DNA of 64,000 nucleotides from Podarcis gaigeae (taxonomy: Eukaryota): the NCBI GenBank assembly GCA_964106915.2, contig OZ066919.1; one strand, written 5' to 3'. This document shows, piece after piece, positions 14,296-25,449 of the stretch; within the stretch, counting starts at the first letter, position 1; every line of letters starts with the position of its first letter. The notes beneath the pieces were generated by a model. The model was not told the origin of the DNA. It did no database searches and worked only from the letters and a program-made list of their open reading frames with translations. A program made the position numbers and the translations under genes.

Positions 14296-16254
14296 TAAGT
14301 ATGGCTGAGGTTTGAAGGGACATAAGAGTATCACCCTGCAGTGTTGCAATGTAAAGGGGCAACTGTTGGCATAACCCACCACATTTTAAGAGGACAGCTG
14401 CAGCTATATAATTACTTACTTTACTAAGTGCTTTCAGGATTGCATCAACACTGACTTCAAATTTCATAGTACACTGCCTATGAAACTCTGTTAAGATCCC
14501 ATGATCACTGGTGGTACTGTATAAATATATAAGACTACTAAAGAAATTAAACCGTTTTGTAGTGAAATCCTGAGGGAATGCTTTCTTCAGATGCTTCATG
14601 GCACTTTGCTTATTTCTTTGTACTCTTGCAGGATGGAAGGTCAGTCGTGATATTGGCCACCCTTTGTACTGACGAAGGCCTGTACAGGCCTTTCAGTTAA
14701 TATGTGTGAAATCGCATCTGGCAGTGTGACCCCCATGTGCAACGGCTTATCCAGATGTATTTCTGCTCTTGCTATTTCTACCCTTTTCATATCATTGCCT
14801 GTCAGTTCCAAACACATTCTTATTCTCAACAGCCTGGTGAGATAAATATGACAGGCAGTATGACCTTTCTAAGCATAGGCACATAGCTGCAAAGATAACA
14901 TAACCAGTAACAAAATTCCAATACCATGCCAGTCTAACTACATTAGCATTCCACCTTAAAATATCTTTTAGATGATGCTCATTTTAAAGCAAAGGCAAAA
15001 CCAAACAAAAACACCTATTCCTGTGAATTTTGCATCTGGAAAAGTTGAAAAGCATATAGTCATTTCCATTAGGAGGGCACAAGGAGTTGTTGCAATGAAG
15101 ATGCCAAACAAATTGATCCAATTCACATTGAACCCCGCCCCTTATTGTATTCTCTTAGCTTCTGTTTATTCTATAGCTGCTTAGTACCTATTTAACAGCA
15201 TTATTCTTCCCCCAGCCTGTCATCACGATCCAGTCACCATTTGGTGCTAAAAATACTCACATGGCCTTGCAGAATTTACATGGCATCCGTTCTTAGCATC
15301 AGTTCAAGAGATAGTTGCTGTTAATTGTCAGCATAAACTGAGTATTTCTCAAGGGTATTGACATTCACTATAGTTTGAATTTAAAAAGCCAGACACTTGT
15401 TTTGCACAGTGACCTTGGGAGCGGTAGTTCTGCATAGGTGCCTAGGGGTCTCTAACAACAGTTTTGGAACCCTCACCAAACTACAACAGCCATAATTCTT
15501 TGCGGTTCAGCAAACCAAACACTATAGTACTGAGATGCCCTGACTCAGGTTCAATCAGCATTCACCACTGGAAATATTTGTATGTCCCAGAGGTGCTTAG
15601 TGCAAGACATAATGGTTGTTAAAAAACCCTGTCTAACTATTTAAAGCCAGAGACCAAAGTATTTTCTACAACTAATGCATACTAAAATCAGTGCGGATTT
15701 AAAGCCAGGTCATGCATTTTGTGCTCTATTGCTTCCTGCAGACAAGACATAAGAGCTTCTTGCTATGAGTGCTTATGGGTAAAGATACATACCACTCAGT
15801 TTAAGAGCCTGGATGGGTTAAAGAGTGAGGGAGAAAGGTCTTAAGATGCTCAAATGCCACAGAGTAAGAGCCTGTTGTGTGTGAGAGAAAAAGAGTGAAT
15901 AGGCTGCCTTGGTGGAAAATGGGATGGGAATTATTCCTAGTCCATTGCTGGCTTAATTTGTTTGAATGTCTTGCATTGTTGGCATTTTTACTTAGATATC
16001 TGGCTAAAGTAGAAATTTTTATTTTCGTCACTGTAGTTTTGCTTGTTTATCTTATGTCAGAATTGTTAATTTGTTGTTTATTAGCTTTGTTTATATGATT
16101 TTGCAATTTTTACACATTGTTTTTCTCTTTTTATTTTATTACTTTGTTACCTGCTCTGAGTTTGAAAATATTTAATGAAGAGCAGGATATAAACACTGCA
16201 AATGAATTAATAAATACATACACACGAAATACTGATTTTAAAAGGTAGATTTAC

Positions 16255-16312
16255 CTGGTCTTGGCACAGGCTGAGCTGCTGGGGTTTGGGTCTTCCGTGC
16301 CGAAGCTCCTTC
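16255..16312 (-). CDS. CDC73: CDC73 coding exon 11 (58 bp)
   Basis: Encodes EGASARKTQTPAAQPVPRP(V); AG at 16314-16313, GTAA donor at 16254; phase 0 start, phase 1 end. Confidence 0.97.
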
Positions 16313-16749
16313 CTTTAGAAAGAGGAAAGGCAGCCTTTAATATAATAAAACTTCGATTCATGTACATGTAAACACACACTCTCTCTCTCCAGGAAAACGA
16401 TTCAAGCAAATAATTAATAAGACCAGCATCATCTTCCAGCATCATTTTACACAACCAATGTAATATATGCTTTAGAAAGCCTGAAATTTTTGTTTAGAAA
16501 AAAATCAAAGGCAGAGAAAAAGTTTAAATATAGCAACATTTGGACTCTTTAGCTGAAGATGGGTGATGTCCACAGTACGTAAATAAAAAATGGTGACTCC
16601 ACAAAAAATATGTTCTTTTTTTATATGGCCACAGATGCGCTTACACCACACCCACTTTTACATTTGGGACCCCAGAGGGCTGACCATGGGTCAATAAAGC
16701 TGTGGACATGAAACATAAGTTGGCCACCCCTGATTTAATGTCAACCATG

Positions 16750-16990
16750 GAAAGTGGTGATGGCCACCAATTTAGACAGCCTGTAAAGGGCATCAGACAA
16801 ATTCATGGAGGATAAGTTATCAACAATGACTATAGGCTACCTCAAGAACCAGAAGGAGCATCTATCTGAATACTAGTACCTAGGGTACAACAGCAGAAAA
16901 TGGCTACTGTTCTCATATCCTGTTTGTGGACTTCTCATAGGCATCTGGGCTGGTCATTGTGGGGAAAAGAATGCTGGACAAGATAGCCAG
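16750..16990 (+). mobile_element. CR1 LINE 3' end fragment
   Basis: gtggtgatggccaccaatttaga...agacaaattcatggaggataag...aatgctggac. Confidence 0.7.
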
Positions 16991-18273
16991 GTATTAACTA
17001 CTGCTATGTTCCTGCTTTCATTCACCTGTGAAATGCCACTGGATAACTGCTGCTGGTGTCAACTCAACTATTTGTTCTCAAGTAGTAGTAGTTTGCTAAC
17101 AATCATAGTAATTTTTCATCACATGGGCAATAGGCAGATGATTTTAAAATTAATTAGTTGAAATAATTAATAAGCCATTTGTTACAAACTGCAGTCAAAA
17201 ACTAAATGGTAGGCTACTTCATGAACTGCATGGTAGGTAGCCGCTTCCCCCAATTATCAGTGAATGCCTTCACATGTGAAAGTCTTTCAACTAAACATAT
17301 AATCGCAATTACACATATCCAAAAACCTCAAAGCAGAATGCTCTCAAATGAATGCATTCATGACAAATGAGAGCCAAGCTTACACAACATAAAAATTATT
17401 TCCATTTTGGGAAACGATCAGCTGTAAATGGGCCCTTAGATTCTAATATACAGATCTAAATAGGAAAACATTCAGAAGAGTGTCAAATGAAGTCATTGCT
17501 CGTCAAATTGTGTGTCTGCAAGCAGATTACATCACCAGCAACTATGCTACAAGTACTACTGCTACACAGTTTCTTTTCATTTTAATACAACCTGAATGGA
17601 ATACATGAAGGCAGCAAGTCCCACTGAACTGAATACAATTTGAATAGCAGCAGCATCTGGCGGATTACATCCTTGATTTAATTTGTATCCTTTTTTTACA
17701 ACAGGTACTGTTATATGAAATCTGAATTAAATGTTCTCTCATGATAATTAAAACCCAATATGGCTCTTTGAAACAATCGTCTATGAGTCAAAGATACACA
17801 GAGGGCCATCTCTCATTCGTCCGGCTGATAAAGACTAGAATTTAGTTAAATATCTCCCTACAGAACTTCAATAAAACATGCCTGATTAATTACATATGGT
17901 GAACAAATCATTGCTTGGCATACAACCACCAGCTTTTGCAATGTGCAAAGCACAGTATCCAGTCTCCTTCTCTTTCACAATGATATCACCCAGGATTTAC
18001 GCCTCTTTAGAGCAAACAATTTATTCCCAAATATCTAAAACCTGCCAGTCATGAAATGACATTTTGCATAGGAAGCTGCAATGCTAGATGTGACAAATCA
18101 TTACTTCACTCACACAACGTGCATCTATGCTCTACAGAAAAGGCATTTTACCACTGTTCACTCGGCTTAACTGGACAGTGCATATAGAATGCCTTGATTT
18201 TAATCAGTAAGGGGAAATGAATGAGCCAGGTGGAAGGAAAATTCACCACCACTCCCTTTCTGAAAGCAAGATA

Positions 18274-20129
18274 GATAAGATAGATAACTTATTACGGTCA
18301 AAGACCAGCTAGCATAACACAATAAAAACAGCGTCCATAAAGATAAAATATACAATTAGAGCAGATTGCAGCAATAGCTCATGAGTTAAAATTGAGATAT
18401 ATACATATACCCGTACAACTGAGATTTGGGCTAGCATAAAAATTGACCCTGAGGTGCCCCAAAGGGCGACTTCAGCTCTTCCCTAGTAAGCTATTTTATT
18501 CTAGAGGATGATTTGTGCCTACAAATCTGGGCACAGAATCTGGCTACCAGCCAGGTCGTCTTGTGATCTTTGCCTAAGAGGAGAGAATTAAGTTTAGAAT
18601 TCTCTGAAAGATCGGCGAGCCTCTTCAGCAAAGGGTCAATGGTGTCTCTACAAATCTCAGGAAAAAAGGGACATCTAAAAATATATATGTCCGGGGCTTC
18701 TTATTCCCCCTAGGCGCAAAGTCTCTGTGTGTACGGGACACTTCTAAAAGAGCCTTCCAGAACCGGTGAGGGCACGGCCAAGCTTCTAGAAAGAGTGAAA
18801 GCCCTTCTTGCACTTCTCCCGTTTTCTATTATTTTTATAATCGGGGACCCTTGTACAGTCCTGTTGTCTCTCTATGCCCACGATTCTTTGCCTAACCACA
18901 GATCTAGATTGGCCCAGGCTCATAGTTATGAGGGTTTGGGGAGCAAGGCCCAGTTTCTGAAGAGTGTTTAAGACTGCTGTCTGCCAGCCAGACCGAAACT
19001 GGTCACTCAGAATCAATGGGGCTATTCCTCAGGGGAGCAGTTTCAGAGTTAAAAAAAGGTAAAGGTACCCCTGCCCGTACGGGCCAGTCTTGACAGACTC
19101 TGGGGTTGTGCGCCCATCTCACTCAAGAGGCCAGGGGCCAGCGCTGTCCGGAGACACTTCCGGGTCACGTGGCCAGCGTGACATCGCTGCTCTGGCGAGC
19201 CAGAGCCGCACACGGAAACGCCGTTTACCTTCCCGCTGGTAAGCGGTCCCTATTTATCTACTTGCACCCGGAGGTGCTTTCGAACTGCTAGGTTGGCAGG
19301 CGCTGGGACCGAGCAGCGGGAGCGCACCCTGCCGCAGGGATTCGAACCACCGACCTTTCGATCGGCAAGTCCTAGGCGCTGAGGCTTTAACCCACAGCGC
19401 CACCTGCGTTCAGAGTTAGCCACTTATATATTGATGTTAGACTAACATGAGCTTCGATTTTCATCATCCCTGTTTCTAGTCTGACCCATGCATTTGAAAC
19501 GCATCTAGGAACTTGTAGAAGGGCTGTGAGGAGTTTGGGTTGCACTCTTTCAAGGGGAATGAACAAGGAGGTGGGCCCAGAAAGCATCCGTAAAGGAGCT
19601 GTACCAACGTTTTGACTTTATATAATTTTAGTGCCACAGGGACATAAAAACCCCCTTGAGTTCTAAAAATATTAAGGATAACATTTGCAGATCTTTCTCC
19701 GGCACACCCATTTGAGTTGATATGAATTTTGTTGGATCCTGATGCCTGGACAGCCATTTCTAAATATTCATAGTTCGAGACTTGTTCTAAATTTTGGCTT
19801 TGATGTTTCCAGTTTCTGAGCTTTGGTTTTTTACCAAAAGCTAGAATTTTGGTCTTCTGATAATTTATTTTGAGGCATTCCGTCTCACAATAGGCAGCTA
19901 TTTTTCTTAGTGCTCTTCTAAGCCCTACAGGATTTCTGGATAGTATTACCACATCATCTGCGTAAAGCAGAGCCGTCATGTGTCGGTTTGCTAACTTCGG
20001 AGGGTGGAAGTCGAGGTTATGGAGAGTGGTTACCAGGTTATTTAAATAAAAATTAAATAATAAAGTGGCCAAAAGGCATCCTTACCTAACACCCTTAAAT
20101 GTTTTGATGGGATCAGTTAAGTGCCCTGG
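18274..20129 (-). mobile_element. 5'-truncated non-LTR retrotransposon (LINE; RTE-X-like, clade tentative) with RT remnant
   Basis: ORF 19476..20072 has LLFNFYLNNL...LLYADDVVIL...LKINYQKTKIL; frameshifted GVR-GCLLA upstream; decayed C-terminal Cys motif; 3' tail ctggtctttgaccgtaataaag plus short repeats; 14-bp TSD ctgaaagcaagata (18260-18273) / ctgaaagaaagata (20130-20143). Confidence 0.88.
19052..19408 (-). mobile_element. Sauria/Squam1 SINE nested in the LINE
   Basis: Near full-length copy with (ACCTTT) tail; TSD ttcagagtta at 19042-19051 and 19409-19418. Confidence 0.93.
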
Positions 20130-20599
20130 CTGAAAGAAAGATACAAAAGTCTGTCTTTGGAAGGGAAAGACTTAGTGAATATTAAAAAGAAGATGTAATA
20201 CTAGAAGTTACATGTAGAACAGCTACATGTACACAGAGCAATTCAGGAAACCAAAGCCTTTTGCCCCAGCAGCATACAAAATACAGGGTTGCATGCAATG
20301 CTAGCTAGCCATGCTCAGAGCAGACCCACTGAAGATAATGAACATGACTAACATAGTTCTAGTTGCTATACTCTCGGCATAACTTAGCTGCATGCAACCT
20401 GAAAAATGTACTGTCCTTATAGCTGGTCTGACATATACACCACAAACCACCAAACCATCAAGATAGCATAGGAGAGCAGAGGAAAAGAAAGACAATTCTA
20501 CTGTTCTTGGACAATGTGGTGCCTGAAGTGTACTCAAGGTGCAAAACTGCTACCAGCTATATATTGCAATTATAACTTATATGAAATCAGATCATCTGG

Positions 20600-20735
20600 G
20601 AGAGCTACACTCATACTGCCCAGAAAGAAAGCCATCATATACTTTGTCTACAGTGACTGGCAACAGCTGTGCAGCGTTTCAGACAGTGGTCTCGCCCAGC
20701 TCTACCTGGAGATGCTGGGGATTGAAATCTTAGAT
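20600..20735 (-). mobile_element. Old tRNA-derived SINE fragment (relatives at 49772-49878 + and 63910-64000 +)
   Basis: B-box-like ttcaatccccagcatctccaggtag.gctggg.gagacc.ctgtctgaaac shared among three copies. Confidence 0.6.
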
Positions 20736-23605
20736 TTTCTGGGTAGTGGCAGGGGGGTTACCGGTGACTGCAATAGGAGGAGGAGGAAATGAAATGTTTA
20801 TTGGCTTTATTTTTTAAAGACGTGTATCTCGCCTACTTTCGGAGGAACTGAAGGCAGCTAACAAGTCATGGCGTCCAGACTTTGTCCTCATCAAGCTGCT
20901 TGTATTCCAGGCTGTTTGTTTTCAGCTTGGTTATTTCCCCACTAGATGTGTGGCAATATTTCTGTAACACACAACTGCAGCACTAGCTTGCTTAGTGTAC
21001 ACAAGCAAACCACTGCCGAGGTTTTTAAAGAGCTCCTTGCCTTTAAGCAAACACTTTCTGTTTGCAGGTTTAGATTCTTTTATTACTTCTCAAGAGAGCG
21101 GAATCTATAATGAGGCAAACGGAGCGTTGCTCCTCATCAAGAGGGGAAAGAAAGCAAGCAAATTGCTTTAGGTAGCAAATGAAGGGCACACCTTTCTCCC
21201 CCCCTGCTTCCACACACAACCACGACTACAGCTGCTGCTGGCCGCTGGCTATTGTTTCTTTGAGCTTGCTTTTGGACACTTGGATGAAACAGCTCTCTCG
21301 ATTCCTAGGTGGAGTAAGCTGCCACTCTATAAAAAAAGAATGGAAGTTGAAAGAGCACCAAGCTGCTTTATGAGTTCCTTGAGCTATTTGCTGTCCCTGT
21401 ACTGCTTCTCCCTCTCCATTCTTCCAATCGGCTGGAAGGAGAAAGGGAGAGGACAGAGCATCCTGATGGTGGCAAAGCCAGCAAGGAGACTGTTTCACTG
21501 TGGCTGTGGCTGTGGTGGAGACACGGTGCTACTTACCACCTTGCACAGTCAGATGCCTAGACATGGCAGCTGCAACAGAAATGGTTTGCCTGTTGCTGCT
21601 AGCAGAATCTGCATGTTTTAGGCTGGCCAGTAGCGGCATGTCATCTGCCTGCCCCTAGCAGAGCCAGCCTTGTAGATTGAATGAGGTGTGCGCGCGCATG
21701 CTCTTTCCCATTCAAGAAAGCTAATGCACAAGGCACCAGCATTCCTGCCGGGTTGCAGTTTAATTGCTCACTGTTGTCACTCAGTTTGCTTTACTTCTTC
21801 CCCCTCTTGATGAGGAGCGGGTTCAGGATTCTGGGTTTCCCTTCTCATTCTGCTTTACGGAGTCCCTTCAAGTTGCACTTTCTAATTCCATCTCTCCAGC
21901 AACCCTCCACATCCTAGCTGCTCTCTTGGCATTTTTCCAATATAAAGAAACAAGTAAGAGAACATTCCCCAAGGGTCCCCCGCCTTTCCCAAATTTACTG
22001 CTCCCCCTTTAACCAATTGCTCTGAATAGCAGCTTGCCTGCTTTTCTAGAGAGCTGAGCAGTGAAATACAAAAGAACAACACAACTCCCTTCTCCTTTCA
22101 TTTCACTTGGCTTTCTCCCTCTACACAGCATTCAAGTTTGCTAAAAGAAAAAAAAAAGTGCTACTATGTTGGGGTGTGGGGGAGGAAGGTTTGCTTCAAG
22201 GTTAAATCCAAGTAGGACCGCAGCCTTCACTTTGGCGTTGAGAGGGGAGGGATATGACATGATGACACCATGGGAAAAGTGTGCATGCAAATGAGGTCAT
22301 AGCCAATAATTACAATTGCCACACACAACTGCCACGGGGAAGCGGCCCTTCCGAAAATATGAATGAGTACTTTGACAATGCTGTTCAGAAAACCCCACAC
22401 TTAAGACAAGAAAGGCATGTCCTGCATAATTACTCCTCTAACTAGCTTGTTGTACTACATTCATTTTTCTACTCAAACAACTTTCCATATTTCCACTGAT
22501 CAACCGTCAGTTGCATACCCCTTGCTTGTTTTCCATTGCATTTTCCAACTTTAAGCCTCCCTGCAGCTGCAGCTACACACCGGAATGATGACAATGTGCT
22601 GCTACCAACTCAGATGTCATGCTGGCCTGCACATGGGAACAGCTGCATGTGACTGGCAGAAACAAATTAATGCAGTCACAGCCCTCATTTATGTTCATCG
22701 GCCCTGAATTACAAGGTGGAGGAGAACAGAACATGGAGAGGAAAATACTGACTGGGATCTTTGGAAAGGGGCTCTAAATTGTCACCGTGTGCTAGCCACT
22801 AGGATCCCCACTCAGACTTTTACTGTCTTCTGTGTTTCCAGCAAAAAGTGATCACAAACTTCCAGGGTTTTCTCTGCAGCCACAAAGACTAGCAATTTGC
22901 TTTAAAACAAATAATGAAGGAAACAGATTAAGATTCTGCTTGCTTTGCCAAGTGCATTATTTCACATGCCATCAAGCAGATGCAGCCAAGAAGGTTTCTA
23001 AAACCCATGACTGATCACCCAGTACAGTCACTGATATCGCTAAGCGGTTCCCAGATCCTTTGCATATTTAGGTCTTGGATGGACAAACACATTTTGAACC
23101 CTCTCTTTTCTTTGTCTTAGATGCATGCAATCAACTCAACTTAGTGGAAATGTTTTGTTTTTAAAGCCTACATAGTGCCATTCATGAAACACCAATAAAG
23201 GCATTTGGACAACACTGTCTCATTTCGTGTGTACAGGTTCAGATGCAGAACAAGCCACAAAAACTGCATCCACGCCGTTTCCTGCTGCCATTAGACATTC
23301 AGTGTCAGTTCTTGGCATTGCTCACAGCAGTCTAGCTCGATCTTCCTCGTCCTTTCCTGGCACCAGCAGAGCTATGGGAATGGAGGGTGAAAGGAAGGAC
23401 AGAGAGAACGGAGCCTGAGGCTGTTCTCTCGGCCAGGACCACATGAGCTGAATGAGGTGACAACTGAGCGCTTCTAAGCTAGACAGAAGCTTATGCCAGC
23501 AGCAAGGAAGAGAGCCACTGTCATGAAGGCAGAGGGATGGGGATTAAATGCAGAACTTCAAGGCAAGGCAGAGAAGAGTTGAAGAGGAGAATTACTTCTG
23601 TCCTT

Positions 23606-23843
23606 TGTTGCGCGCACCCAAGCGACAAGAAACCCCAAGGGTTCCAGTGCTTACCCTAGGGTTCCGTTTCCTGGGAATGTAGGTCAATGGAGACCGTGCT
23701 GTCTTTAGGACTCAGTTTTATTTATACATATAAACAGTCTGATGGAAGGGTTTCCAGTGTTAACACTCCAACAGATCTTGTCTCCTCATTAAGTTTCCAA
23801 GACCCCAAACCATGACTTTAGCTTCTGAGTCTAGTTTCCAGTA

Positions 23844-23918
<75 letters not shown>

Positions 23919-24146
23919 CCTTGGCCTATTGCTCTCCATCCAAGGATGATGTGGCATCTAGCCAAGCAGGGGTACGAAAAGGTCCCGCCATTTGTCTCCA
24001 TGGAAACAGAGCTCACTATGTAAGATGCTGATGATGGGTACCTAGCTGAGCAGCAAAGGTTTGGCCAATTCAGCTGTTTTCTCTTTCTTTTCCAATCAAG
24101 AGGCACACAAATTTTATCAAATAAATAAACTCAATAGATAACAACA
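23606..24146 (-). mobile_element. Possible solo LTR with internal (CT)n(CA)n tract
   Basis: TGTTG...CAACA ends, minus-strand AATAAA near 23718, CpG-containing end; TSD not conserved. Confidence 0.45.
23847..23918. repeat. (CT)n(CA)n compound microsatellite
   Basis: Direct reading. Confidence 0.95.
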
Positions 24147-24929
24147 CTATGACAAAGCATGGTGGACATTAAGAAATTGCATTAGCATTCTTCTGAGGTA
24201 AAAACTGGACAGGTCTGTGTCTTTGTCAACCCTCCCAGTCTCTGCTGCTAAGGTTTTAGATAGAATGGAACCTTTATTCTTTGTGCATGCTGATAAGTAC
24301 GGTAGTATTTCATGCAATACTTATTACTTTGCCTAAGGGTCTGTTTATTTCTTGTTTGAATGCATGTGCAAGGAGAGGCTTGTGGGCTTTGAAAAGCCAG
24401 ACAAGATTCAAATCCCAGAAGGGCAGTAAACATCCTACAAAAGCATGATTTTTTTTTTTTTTGTTTCGTTCAAAGACTTGTGGGACAAAGCAGTAAAGGC
24501 ATGTAGGGATTTCTAATTTTGGAGCTTGCCAGAGGAGTGCCACCACTCTGTTTTCCTTGGCTGTTTTTTTCCAAGGTTCTAAAGGCAGGTGAGGTGTGAG
24601 GTTGCTCTGCGAAAACAGTGTGACTGGGGGACGGATAGGGAGGAAAGCACAGAAGGACAGGTTAATACGACAGTTTTAGTTCTCTTATAATAGGCCAGAG
24701 AGAAAGCAAAGGGATTGGGGAGGGGCAAGTAGAGCAGGCTGGGAGAGAATGAGATATTTGGAGGAATAAGAGGGAGGGAGGTGTGCATGAGAGAGTATTC
24801 AGCCTCCAGTGATGGCGGGAGGAGAAAGCTATAGAGAGGACAGGGAGTTGGAGGAGGCTGAGGTGGACATTTATGGGGTTAAAGGGCATGTAAGTGGCTG
24901 GGATATTTGCAGAGGTGCAGAGGAGGTAA

Positions 24930-24995
24930 AGAAAGAAAGGAAGGAAGGAAGGAAGGAAGGAAGGAAGGAAGGAAGGGAGGAAGGAAGGAAGGAAA
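24930..24995. repeat. (GGAA)n microsatellite
   Basis: Direct reading. Confidence 0.93.
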
Positions 24996-25449
24996 GATAT
25001 GAACGGGAGGGATGTTCAGTGTCTATAGTAAATGTCTGAGTGAGATTTAAAGGAAGGGACACTTTAAATCTCACTCAGTGTGGGACACTTTTAGGTCCCT
25101 GCAGCATAGATATCTCACTTGGGGCCCTCAAAGAATTCTGTGCCCCCTTTGTCTTTCACATTGTTTCCATGCTTCTAATTTCAGTTACACAGAAGCATTG
25201 CTCTCCAACTAGTTTCTATCAGTCTTCTCAAATCAGTCAATCCACTCTTTTAAACACATACCCAATAGCAAATTAGTACTGGGGTCAAGGTTGTATCCTC
25301 TGTTCTCAGGGAATAAAAGCAAACAGGTAAGCACAACATGTGATATATCAGCACATGTTTACTAGGGTGTCTTGCTTCTCACAACTAGCCGTTTTGCCTC
25401 ACCCTCCCTTTACAAAACCAAGACCGTAAAATGTTTATAGAGGAGGAGG

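Noticed and set aside
19476-20072. 198-aa ORF as a host gene or domesticated RT
   Set aside because: Part of a 5'-truncated, frameshifted, TSD-bounded LINE interrupted by a SINE
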